NCBI GenBank assembly: GCA_000708835.1
Contig: DF237749.1
Location: forward strand, 1-32,457
DNA from: Klebsormidium nitens
Lineage: Eukaryota > Plantae > Klebsormidiophyceae
Direction: 5' to 3'
DNA: 32,457 bases
A program made the position numbers and the translations under genes. This document shows, piece by piece, positions 1 to 11,600 of this stretch. Below the pieces are notes generated by a model. It saw only the letters and a list, made by a program, of their open reading frames with translations, had not been told where the DNA came from and ran no database searches. Within the stretch, counting starts at the first letter, position 1. Every line of letters begins with the position of its first letter.

Positions 1-183
1 TGATTTGCAAGCTGCATTGGGGTGAATTCTCAATCAAGGAATCTGGTGGCGTTGAGTGGAGGAGTGGTAAGAGAGTGGTGACCTCCTAAGTGCAGCAGAG
101 GCACCTTCCACCAGCAATCGATGTGCAGGATGGTTGCCATGTGGGGAAGAGTCTGACCATGGTACTTTTCTGCATCTTTTGCG

Positions 184-3100
184 ATGGCAACTAGAGCTTG
201 CTTTGCTTTGCGGCGATCTATGGGAGTGGTGACTACTTCCAAATGTGCCAAAGGCCAAGAGCACACGCTTAGGCGATGCTTTCTCCTGCCAGAATCTGAA
301 AACCAACAAATACTTTCTCACTTGCGCCCCAGCCGGAAGAGTTCATTTGCCAAGCAGGCAGTGTCTGAAGCCTTGTCAATTCTGTGTCTCAGTTCCAGCT
401 CTTGTATTGTGAGAAAGACAAAGCCGCTAGGTCACGCGATTGGAAGTTGCCGGGCGTGCTCTTTTACTGTCCGCCCGATCCACAGTCCTGGTGCTCGATG
501 TGCGGAAGCAACAAGCGAGGCGGTTGGAACAAGCCAGGGTGATGTACAAGGTGATGATCCCACATAAGCTGCAGTTCTTAGAGTGGCAGTGCTTGCTCGT
601 AGTATTTCATCTTGGAGTAGTTCTGTAGGCATTGTCACAAAATGATGGTGGGATAGTCTGATTATTCATCTCCACTATCTTTGACGATATCACTGAAGGT
701 GGTTCCGTCGCAGAACCAGAAGAATTTGGAGTACGGGCGTCTATCTCTTTTCAACACTTCTTCATTGGACGACCATACCAGCAGCTGCAATGAAAACAAT
801 GACCACCAGTACTCAATGACAACTGGTGGTCGNNNNNNNNNNNNNNNNNNNNNNNNNNNNNNNNNNNNNNNNNNNNNNNNNNNNNNNNNNNNNNNNNNNN
901 NNNNNNNNNNNNNNNNNNNNNNNNNNNNNNNNNNNNNNNNNNNNNNNNNNNNNNNNNNNNNNNNNNNNNNNNNNNNNNNNNNNNNNNNNNNNNNNNNNNN
1001 NNNNNNNNNNNNNNNNNNNNNNNNNNNNNNNNNNNNNNNNNNNNNNNNNNNNNNNNNNNNNNNNNNNNNNNNNNNNNNNNNNNNNNNNNNNNNNNNNNNN
1101 NNNNNNNNNNNNNNNNNNNNNNNNNNNNNNNNNNNNNNNNNNNNNNNNNNNNNNNNNNNNNNNNNNNNNNNNNNNNNNNNNNNNNNNNNNNNNNNNNNNN
1201 NNNNNNNNNNNNNNNNNNNNNNNNNNNNNNNNNNNNNNNNNNNNNNNNNNNNNNNNNNNNNNNNNNNNNNNNNNNNNNNNNNNNNNNNNNNNNNNNNNNN
1301 NNNNNNNNNNNNNNNNNNNNNNNNNNNNNNNNNNNNNNNNNNNNNNNNNNNNNNNNNNNNNNNNNNNNNNNNNNNNNNNNNNNNNNNNNNNNNNNNNNNN
1401 NNNNNNNNNNNNNNNNNNNNNNNNNNNNNNNNNNNNNNNNNNNNNNNNNNNNNNNNAACTGATGCATCGGTCTTTGTAAAGGGCCACCAGTACTCAATGA
1501 CAACTGGTGGTCGTTGTCATTGAGTACTGGTGGTCATTGTTTTCATTGCAGCTGCTGGTATGCTGATCTGATGAGGAAGTGGTTTGCATTGGTGAATCCT
1601 GAATTACAAGAAGAGTTCCTCCTAATGAATCGCTGAGCAATCAATGATCTCTGATGACTCTTACGCAGTTTCAAATGTAACATTACTCTGGCACTTTGTG
1701 TGAATTGTAAGCTCTGATTTGGTCCCCAATCTGTCATTGTGGAACGAGCCTTTCTCAAAAAGGGCATGTCCAGCCTTCAATACTACTTGCATCTTTTCTG
1801 CTCAAAAGTTGCGCTTGTCGGGGCGCCATGTTACATTTCTGAAAAGGCCCCCATATAAAGAGCATACACTGCTGCTGCATGTGCCCTTTAGCGCCACTCC
1901 CATGACGGATTTTCCATTTCAGCGACGGAAACTTGTGGAGACAGAAGTTGTTTTAGTTTAGACCGTGTCGAAACGGCTTCATCACTGCCCTGCTTCAACT
2001 TCTTCTCTGCACCCCTTTCGTAGATTTCTACATGTTGAGGCGCCAGGTCGAGGAGGCCGCAGAGCGGTTGACAGCGGCCACTTCCGGCGTTGACATGAAA
2101 GGCCAGGAGGCAAAGCTGGCAGACCTGGAAGTGCGGACTTCCCAGGAGGACCTGTGGGATGATCCAAACGAAGCGCAAGCGGTGCTGTCTACACTCACTG
2201 AGATCAAGCAGCAGTTGGGGGAGATCCAGGAATTTCAATCAAAAGTGAGGATACTTTGTAAGGCGCTTGATCCCAGAAGCCCGATTGGTCACCTTCGTTG
2301 TGACCCTTACTGTCAAAGCAGAGAGGCTGAGGAGGCCATGGCTGTTGGACTGATTATGCATGCTTACTTTGTCCAGGATATCCACCGTTTGAGGAGTGGG
2401 GCTTTGACACGGTTTGCCGGTCACGCTTGCATTGATGCTGCGCTTTCCTCGGCAGGTATTAGCCGAGACAAAAGTAGCAAGCTTCTCTTCCCCGTTGTTC
2501 AAATGGTTCAATTCTTCTCTGTGTCACCATCTTTGAGTCAACGGTACGTTTCAGTGTTTATGCTGTGGATGCTCATCTTGCCTTCTGCACGCTTCCTGAT
2601 CAACTAAGAGCATATTACCAGGATGAGGTATTGGCTCTTCGCCTTCACAACCCAATCGAGTCGAAATATGTGTACCTGACGCAAATCATGCTTTTATCCA
2701 AATATTCAACACCTCAGCACACGGCTTTGTGAACTCCCTTCTCAATGGTGATAGGCTACAGTCTTATGACAAAAAAGGACCGTTTCTACGTTGAACGACC
2801 CTAGCATTTTCTCCTTCCTTTTCTTCAGGTCGAAGAAACGCAGATGATCGTAGAACTCTTAGACGGTTCGCAGACAATTGACTCGTCGCTCTTAGCGGAG
2901 GCACGCGCGAATCTCGCCTGGTTCAACAAAGCACTGGACCAGTACGAATTGAACCGATTACTTTCGGGTCCGTACGATTTGAGAGGTGCAAGACTCACAA
3001 TCACAGCTGGGGCCGGGGGTACTGATGCACAGGTAAGAATATCACTAGCATGGAAAGAGAGCAGTCCGTGAGTTTTCAAGTGAGGGTCCGCCGGGGCCTA

Positions 3101-4992
3101 GCCATTCATGTTGTTTGCGTTTCTCACGACCTGAATGAATGAAACAGGACCTGAATTATTTCCCACTGAAGAACTCCCGATTTGGTCGCCCATTCGCAAC
3201 TTCCAAAGGACGGTCCCAAGAATTTTTGAGCATTTTGCGCCGCTTGCCAATCTGTTCGCTTCATGAGTGCTTGAAACCACTTTTCGCATATGATCCCGTT
3301 CTGAGGGGGGCCACTAGCCTGAATGTCCAGTTTGAAGTTCAAGTCAATTTCGGAAGACTTCGATATTGTCTTTCTCTTTTTGGGAAGGACAGAGGAACTC
3401 GTATAAAAGGCGGCCGTTTGAGCGGAAACCTATCCACGCTTTCGTGCAAGCTCGAATAGGCTGTTAGCGGATTCAAGAACGGTTTCTCTATTTCAACTTT
3501 TGAGGGGCTTAGAAATCTGGGCAAGCGGTGGAACTTGGAAAAACATTCCAAGGACTAGGGGCGATCCGGCGCGCCTTCAGGAAGTTATGCCAGGACGAAC
3601 GTCTGAGAGGGCGAGTAGGTTGTAGAGTCGGGCGCACAAAGGCCAGAAATATGGCGTAATCAGAATCGGAAATGTTACTTTAAAGACCTTGCAGGTGCAG
3701 ATGATGCTCAGCCAATCACGATGCCTTTTCTCCTCCAGGACTGGGCGGAGATGCTGCTACGCATGTACTCGCGGTGGGCTGAGGCTCGCGGCTTCTCGTG
3801 CAAAGTCGTGGAGCGCAGCGAGGGCGACGAGGCGGGCATCAAAAGCGCGGCGCTCGACATCGACGGGCGGTATGCGTACGGGTACCTAGCGGGAGAAAAG
3901 GGTACGCACCGCTTGGTGCGAATATCGCCCTTTGGCGGCGGGAAGGCGCTTCGACAGGTGAGCGATCGGCGGGAACTGTTGTGAAATTCAATGTCTTTTG
4001 AACTCGTTCGAGCCGATACAGCTCTTCCCTGGCCAACTCTGCCTCCCCCCTTAGTTTTCCTTGCATTCCTTCTCTGCAAAGTCTCTGCTCTTTCTGCTAA
4101 AATTTCTGGGAATCACCGAAAACCCTAAAACCCCAAACCTCGCTAACCCCGCTTGTTCACCTCGACAACACAGACCAGCTTCAGCGGCGTGGAGGTGATG
4201 CCGATTCTTGACGAGGGGAGCACGGATGACGTCATCATTCCGGAGTCTGAGCTTGAGATCACGACAATGCGCTCCGGTGGTGCCGGTGGACAGAATGTGA
4301 ACAAGGTCGAGACCGGCGTTCGGATCGTGCACAAACCGACGGGGCTGGCGGTTAAGTGCACGGAAGAGAGGAGTCAGCTGCAGAACAAGGCGCGCGCGCT
4401 GGTAAACCTGAAAGCCAAGCTGCTGGTAGGGTCGCTTCCTTTGTTTCTCGTCCTTCTGCTCGTTTTCGTGATTACCCCCTGCATTTTCTTGTCTCTATTT
4501 GCCAGATCTCAGCCGAGTGAAAGTGAGATGGAATGCAGGTGTTTGCACCCTGGGCATTAAAAAGGAAGCTGATGTAGGTATTGTCATGTTTAGACAGGTT
4601 TAGCTTCCTTTGTATGAATCTAGAAGGGTTTTTGCATGTTTCCAGCAAAGAAACATGGTTGGTGCCGCATGGCACTCCTGTTTGCAGGCCCTGTTTAATC
4701 AGAAAGCTTGCTCAAACATCAATTGAGTGTTCTGCTCCATTGTTTGTAGGTTATTGCTCAAGAGCAAAAGGCGAAAGAGATTGCTGACATTCGGGGGGAC
4801 ATTGTGAAAGCGGAATGGGGGCAACAGGTACGAAATTATGTGTTTCACCCCTATAAGATGGTCAGAGATGTTCGCACGGGAGTAGAGACGTCCGACGTGG
4901 CAGGCGTAATGGACGGAGACCTTGATGCGTTGATAACGGGCTTTTTAAGGCATCGATACAAACAACAAGATGCTGAATCTGAGACCTTGTAA
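184..4992 (+). CDS. prfB1: Plastid peptide chain release factor 2 (PrfB1/HCF109-like), 6 exons
   Basis: Exons 184-538, 2024-2244, 2829-3032, 3739-3957, 4174-4425, 4750-4992 join in frame at GT-AG junctions. The protein has the RF2 motifs [34 protein letters not shown] (SPF anticodon mimic), [13 protein letters not shown] (GGQ) and [17 protein letters not shown]. Exon 1 is S/R-rich like a transit peptide and splices to give SQ-DFY, as in plant PrfB1. Exon 1 is less certain than the rest. Confidence 0.93.
774..1562. repeat. Inverted/palindromic repeat flanking the gap
   Basis: 774-823 (cataccagcagctgcaatgaaaacaatgaccaccagtactcaatgacaac) is the exact reverse complement of 1513-1562. 1484-1533 forms a perfect 21-bp stem with an 8-nt loop. 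ccaccagtactcaatgacaactggtggtcg also occurs as a direct repeat on both sides of the gap. Confidence 0.85.
833..1456. other. Assembly gap (624 N) inside prfB1 intron 1
   Basis: Run of N from 833 to 1456. Confidence 1.
4120..4150 (+). repeat. Telo-box-like AAACCCTA and degenerate AAACCC run next to the branch point of prfB1 intron 4
   Basis: aaaccctaaaaccccaaacctcgctaacccc lies just upstream of the acceptor at 4173. Confidence 0.5.
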
Positions 4993-5627
4993 ATTGTAGC
5001 ACCAGAAAGATTTTTACTTTGTTGCTATCATAAACTGTCATGGTAACAGCACCTGGTTTTGGATGCGCGCTCGCACTGAGATACCGTAGATATATGATTG
5101 AAATGGTTGCTCGCATGTGTGTCTCTCAGTAGACTAGCGTTGCGCGCGCCCCGGTAGTGTTGGACCTAGCGCCCATGCGCTAGATTGTATACTCACACAT
5201 CCGACAATAATCTGAAACAAAAGTTGCTTCAATTTGCATGTAAGCCGTCGAGCCCTTTCACATTAGACTTTAATCTTGGCCCATGAGGAATTGTTTTCAA
5301 AAACATGACAGGCCACGCTCAGAATCGTAACACACAGCTAGTGACTAAGGTTGCTTGATCACCATTACGTTTTTTGAATAGCCGCAGAGTATCAAGATTT
5401 CGCAAGACCATGCAATGCAGAAACAGCCACACGTTCACACAGTGCGCATTAAAGCGCGCAGTCACGCATTCGCACATGGCCCAGTTGCATAGAGTACTCA
5501 TGATGCAGTTGTGCGAGAATTCGGGCTTTTGGCCAGACTTCCACGGACATGTATCTAGAACAAACGACTAGCGCCCGCCCTTACATATCAATAATATATT
5601 TAAGCCGTTTGTACTGCTCGTGTTCTC

Positions 5628-8600
5628 TCAGCCCGGCGCCCCCGGCGCGTCCCCACCAAAGGCGTGCCAAAAGAGGCCCCCGAAGCCGAGGCACGACAAG
5701 CCCAGCACCGCTTCGCTGCCAAAGAACGCCCACCGCTTTTGGCCGCGACTCGACAAGGACTTCTGCAGGTTGCCGAAGACAAAGGGTAAGAGGTAGCTTT
5801 GTTTCAATGGAACAGAATCGTTTAAGATTGGAAGCCTTTCCTTTTTTTCAGTATGCGCTTGTCCCTTCCGGTTGTCGGCTGTTGCAATCAATTTAGCTAT
5901 GTGAAACCCGCCTCTAGATGGACGAAGCGATTCGAAAAGCTGGCATGAGAGGCGTAGATTGAGCAATAGCCCTTAGGGGTCAAACTTCTTGTTAAGAATT
6001 TCGGTGTAGCCGTGCTTCGAGCAGTACAAACGGGACTAAAAGGCTGGCGCAAACAACAAAGCTTGAGCGACAGGACTTGACGGATTCCAGATTCGGGTTT
6101 GGGTGTCGCTTAAGGCTTACATCAACCGGAACAACCGGGATTTCGAGCTGGCGTAAAAGGCGAATTTTGAGCAAACATTTCCCAGTACTTGACTTCCAGG
6201 TTAGAGTGCCGGTTAGTACTTGACTTCCAGCTTAGAGTGGCGGCTAAGGCTTATTCTGAGCAGTACAAATGGGATCCAGAGGCTGGCATAACTGACAATT
6301 GGGCAATGAGGCTTCTGCAATCAATATCCGGGCTAGGGTGCTGGTGAACGCTTACCTTGCGCAAAACAACCGGGATCCTGAGGTTGGAGTAATAAGCAAA
6401 GATTGAGCAGATTTTTCTGGTTGTTGACAGCCCGGGTTAGGGTGGCGGTTAAGGGCTTACCTCGAGCAGCACAAAGGGGATCCAGAGGCTGGCGTAGAAG
6501 GTGGTGTTGCAGAGCAGGACCCAGCCGTACCAGCGCAGCAGCTCGCCCCCCCCCAAGAGGAGCGACGCCACCACGCAGCACAGCGCCAGCCACGCGCGCC
6601 GCTGCTCCTCCGACGTCAGCTCGAACTGCGGAAACGAACGACGCGTTAGCTCCCACGGTCCTCCAGAAAAGGCACGTGGCAGACCAGAAGCAATAGCTTC
6701 TCTGAACAGGTTCAAGCCCCTCAATATTGAGGCACGGAAATGCGGAATGAATATCTGCGGCCTGCCCTGGAAACAAGAGGGGACGAAGCCACCCGCTTTG
6801 CTGTTCAGTTCGAAATTGGATTGCGAGGCGTACAGAGCTTTGAGAAGATGAAAAGTGAGCAGACTGTACGGACAATCCAGCCGACTCGACTACACCTGCG
6901 CAAAGCGCCAGCGTTGAACAGGTGGCAATTGGTACAAGGTCTCAGTGGTTCGCGAGCCTGTGCGGAGGAACAGAAAACCACTGGCAACTTTGAATCTTTC
7001 GGAAGCAAGGAGTCAACAGCGGAGTCGGCAGCCTTGTCAGGACTTTCGGTACTAGAGTCAGCTTGACCTGAGGCCAACAAATCCCAAAGCAAGCCACGGT
7101 TGGTTTCTTGTATACTAGGTAAAAGACGGAGGAGGGTTTGAACCTCAGCACAACAACCGGAACGGAAAGAAGACACGTGAAGCGACTAGCCGAGAAACGA
7201 TAAGGCTTTCGAAAAGGTGCGACAGCTTACCTGGTCCATGGCCCGTAAAATCTTTTCGAAGTCGAGCCCGCTCTCGTCGCGCGCCGAGCCGAGCAGCCGG
7301 TCTACCGACACCTTCGTCCACCGCAGGACCTGCAACCGACACGTGGCGAGGTCAGCAAGCTGCCACGTGTCCTTAACGACCACCAAGATATCTATGACTG
7401 TGTCAGACAGCGAGAGCGGGCAACGTAGCATCCCGAGGTATCCCTTAACCAAGCGCCCCTCAAACAAGCGCCCAGAGATAACCAATTTAAACACTGGGCG
7501 CTTTCTCTCAAACACACGGAAAGCACGATGATGCAAAAGTTGGGAGCCATATGCCGACATTCTTAAGTCAACATTTGGTTCCGCTCGGGTTCTCCGAGCC
7601 CGTGTGTAAGCGGCTAGTAGTCCTCAATCGCCGGCGAGAGCTTGAACAAGCAGAGCAAACCTGGTTTCTGCAAAGGTCGTGTCAAAACCTGTATCAATGC
7701 CGTAGATGAACCCAGACTTGAGTCTGAACCCACAAATCAAACCCACTTTCAAACCACACCCAGAACCCGTTCCAAAACCCACCAGCAGATTGAGGCACTT
7801 GAGCCAGCCGAGGCGCGAGTAGAGCGCGCTCGACATGAGGATGCCGTCTAGCAACACCGGCACGAACTTGTGGCTCCCGATGACCGCCTGCACCGCGAAG
7901 AAGAGCAGGTACGCCAGCCACGTGGCTGCAGGAGAGGCGAGGCAGCGGTCAGCGAGGCCGATGAGTGGAAGAAGCATGTCTCTTCAATTGACGTATCGTA
8001 AGCTTTAGATATAGTGAGCTCGTACCCTAACACTAGTAACCGAACCATTCAAATCACCCGCTCCGCACCCTGAAGCTCCAAAGTAACCCCACCCGTCCCA
8101 GGCTGGCTAGCTTACTATACATAAAGCTTACTGTACATAAAGCTTGACATACATATCATGAAATCGATTAAGCTGTGACCCTCCTTGCAGCGCGATCTAC
8201 GTTGAGAGATCGTCTTGCTACAATGAGTGAACGTGCTTTGTGCAACGGTTGGCTGAAACGACGGACGACCAGCCTGGAACCGGGTCTCTTGGAAAGTCAT
8301 CCAGACAGGCGTCAAATGCATTACCAAAGAGTAGTCCCCGATACCCAGAAGCGCACAGCGCGCCTTCCGTCTCTCGAAAGCGAGAGAGGGAAGGACGACG
8401 TCAAAAGCAGTGGCTTGAGCGCTGACGACACGGTTGAGGACAAAGTAAACGACCAGGGAGAACGCACGGGAAGGCACTTGTAAAGAAAGGAGGCAGGTCA
8501 AGCGCTCGCTAAAGAGGGCGTCTAACCACATGGGTTTGCGGGGGCCCCTTCGCAGAAGATCCTGTTCTTGTGTTGCCAAAAATCTGCTCACGTGGTAGCG

Positions 8601-11600
8601 GATTTAGCGCCCCCGGTATGCCCGGATACGGGCTATGTGGTTGCCAAGGCGTTACGGGTTACACGAGGCCCCTTATAACCAAAAACTTGGACGGTCAAGC
8701 TCGCTAAGAGTCGCACCTAGCAGCAGCTCCCCGTCCGCAAACACGCCGGGTGCGACGTCCATGACGAGCACGAACAGCACGTGGCGCGACCAGCTGCGGT
8801 GCCAAATCCGGTTCACCCACCCCTCCACCAGGATGCCTGCACAAGGAAACAGAGCGCTTTCGGGCTTTCCTTCCTTCTCTTCTCTTTTAGCCTCGAATAC
8901 GGCTTCTACTTGCTCTTAAACTGTTTTGTCTCTTTGCCCATAAGCCGGCCACCCACACCTTCACCAGGTTGCCTGCACAAGGAAAAAAGAGCGCTTTCGC
9001 GCTTTCGCTCCTTTCTTCCCCCTCTTTCTGCCTCGAATACGGCTTCTGCTTTGTTCTGAGACTTTCGTCTTCTCTTGCCCACAAGCCGGCCACTCACACC
9101 TTCTCCAGGATGCTTGCACGGAAAGATTCGTACTCATTCCTTTCTCTGCTTTTCCAAATCGGCCCGCTTCAAGTGACTCAATCGACAACTGGAGTTGTCT
9201 TCAAACCTGTCCGCACTAGATGTTCAAGAACCTGACGCGACACTCGCGATGTCCAAGATCTTCCATACACGAGTTCGGACATTTCGACACACCGGGCAGG
9301 ATCCCGTGCTCTATCTACCGAGAGAGAACTGCCCAATAGGTTGACCTGGCCAAATTCGTGCAGCCACCTCAAATAAGATTATGTGCGACGCCCAAATTTT
9401 CGCAGCGCAAGCAAGTAAGGACAGAAACTCCAGTATACCTAGAATTCCTCTAACCCTTTACACCTTAATCATCTCATTTTCTGTTCCGGAAGCCGATCCC
9501 TAACCCTCACCTCCCAGCGCTACCTCAATGCCCATCCCGTTCACATTTGGCTGCACAAAAGCGGCACACGTGTGTGCCGCTGACCCTAGAACCCTGTACC
9601 TTTTAATATACTTTGGCTCGAAACCCGCTCCATAACGCTCACCTCCCAGCGCCACTCCGATGCCCATCCCGTTGACCGCCGGCTGCACGAAGTCGGCCCA
9701 CGCGCGCGACGCGCACATGCGCGTGAGCGGCCCCCGCGCGACGCCGAACGCGCCGTGCTCCCGAAGCACGTGGCACGTCCAGCTGAGCGTGGAGTCAGGC
9801 GAGAAGAGGAGGCGGAACTTGAGCAAAAAGATGGGCAGCATGAAGCACACGGCCTGGAGAAGAAGGTTTAGGATGTAACTTTTGGGTTACGTTTTGGGTT
9901 TATTGCTTTGGCGTCGAGATATTGGGTTTGTGTTGTAGTGGGAAAGTGGAGTCCTTCGAGAGGTAAGAGGCGAAATTTCTCAGAAGAAGGTGGGCAGCAT
10001 GAAGCAGACGGCCTGGGAAGGGGGTAAAACTCTAGTTGTGAAGCTTTGGGCTCGAGGTATCCGGGTTTGGGTGAGGTTGAGAAGGCCGAATCGACCTGGA
10101 AAAGCTCTTGACAGGCGAATGGGCAGTCGGTCTGGAGAGTGAAGGAATGCTTTAAGTTTCGGTCGGGTTGCGGCAAGCACAATTTGGCGTCGAGAAGAGA
10201 GGGCTCAAAGCCAGCTCCGCTGATGGTTGCATCTAAATCAGGACTCGAGGCAGAGTCGGACGTCGGGGGTCAATGAACGGAAATGGATTCCAGATGGGTG
10301 TAAGGTTGAGAATGACGATGAGACAGGAGCCATGAGATCAGAACGGGGAGCGGTCGATCACCTGGCTGTTCTCGGCATCAGAATGGTGTCAAGCATTTTG
10401 AGCGGGACTCGATCGGCAAAATCCATGTTATCGCCACACTCCAAGAGCAATGAAGGAAGAGCTTGTGCTCAAATCTCGACAGTAGGAAGTTTTCGGCACT
10501 GCTGCCGTAAATCAGACGATAGCAGGTCTTTGCCACTCTGCTTTGCCATCAAAAGACAACCGACAGGTTTTTCTGTGAAGCAAGTCAAGAGTGAGTCATT
10601 CTCCTCTCACTTGGAACCACGAGACGTTGAACGAGTGCCGCCAGAGCTCCCGGCTCGTCTCGTACAAGTCCGGCCGGCAGAAGATGAGGTAGACGAACTT
10701 GAAGTAGTCTTGTAAGCTATAGTGATGCAACCGCCGCAGGTCCTGTATCAGTGGGGAAGAATAGGGTCAGCAGCACGAAGTGTTTCCAACTTGGTTAGGC
10801 TGCCTGCTCGCCAGAACCAAACCTGTTCTAACCTGTTCTAACCTGTTCTAACCTGTTCTAACCTCAACTTTGGCATGCGGATCCCTTGTACACTCGATGG
10901 CGCAGCTTTCAGATTTTGACGGCCATTCCAAAACAAGAGTTTTTGCTGCGGTCTGACGGTCGATTGACCGATAGATTGTGACTTCGCAGATCCGAAGTTC
11001 AACTTTCAGCGGGGCTTTGTCGGTGGCAGTTACCCCAATCTGTACTGTGTGTTCTATGGCCGCGCTGTAATCGTCAATTGCTCTTTCAAACTCAGACTTA
11101 CATTGCTGACCATCCGACACCGATCGAATCTACCACAACCGAATCTGACCATGACCCGAGCATCGTCCAGCCCCAAATCGCCTGGGTTCAGCCAGACTTG
11201 CAGTTGCCATTTGTAGGCGTACCTGACAGTGATCTATGCATCCTCTTATGGTCGGGCTAAATCCTCGCCAAACGAGACCTCGAACCATGACAAGACAACC
11301 ATACCGCAACACCGTTTTACCTTAACCTACCCTCATAACCGCTCAGTAACCACTTACCTGCAACAGCGCGTTTTGTAGCCGCACTTGGTGCTCCAGGTGC
11401 GTGACGGTGTGCGCTAGCTGCGCCACTTTCTCGTTAGTTCCCCTTATAAATGCACTCAGCTCCTTATAAGCGCACCGCAGCTCGTGCGCGCCCAGCTGGT
11501 GGCGGACCCCCCGCCAATGACACCCGAGCGGCTGTTGTGAGCAGGACACCTGGGGGAAAGAGATTTGGTGCGATTGAGGAGCTTGTAGCAAGGTTTGTTG

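Noticed and set aside
681-1523. Long ORFs spanning the N run
   Set aside because: Artefacts of translating through the gap; the region is intronic.
1568-1640. Possible intronic box C/D snoRNA (TGATGA...CTGA)
   Set aside because: Box C lacks the leading purine, the terminal stem is unconvincing, and I could not identify an rRNA-complementary guide.
184-2244. Bacterial-type programmed +1 frameshift in RF2
   Set aside because: The spliced frame is continuous with no CTT-TGA slippery stop.
6896-6957. Extra 62-nt exon candidate in the RING gene
   Set aside because: Not needed: donor 7231 joins acceptor 6625 (CTAAC branch point, strong pyrimidine tract) in phase 0.
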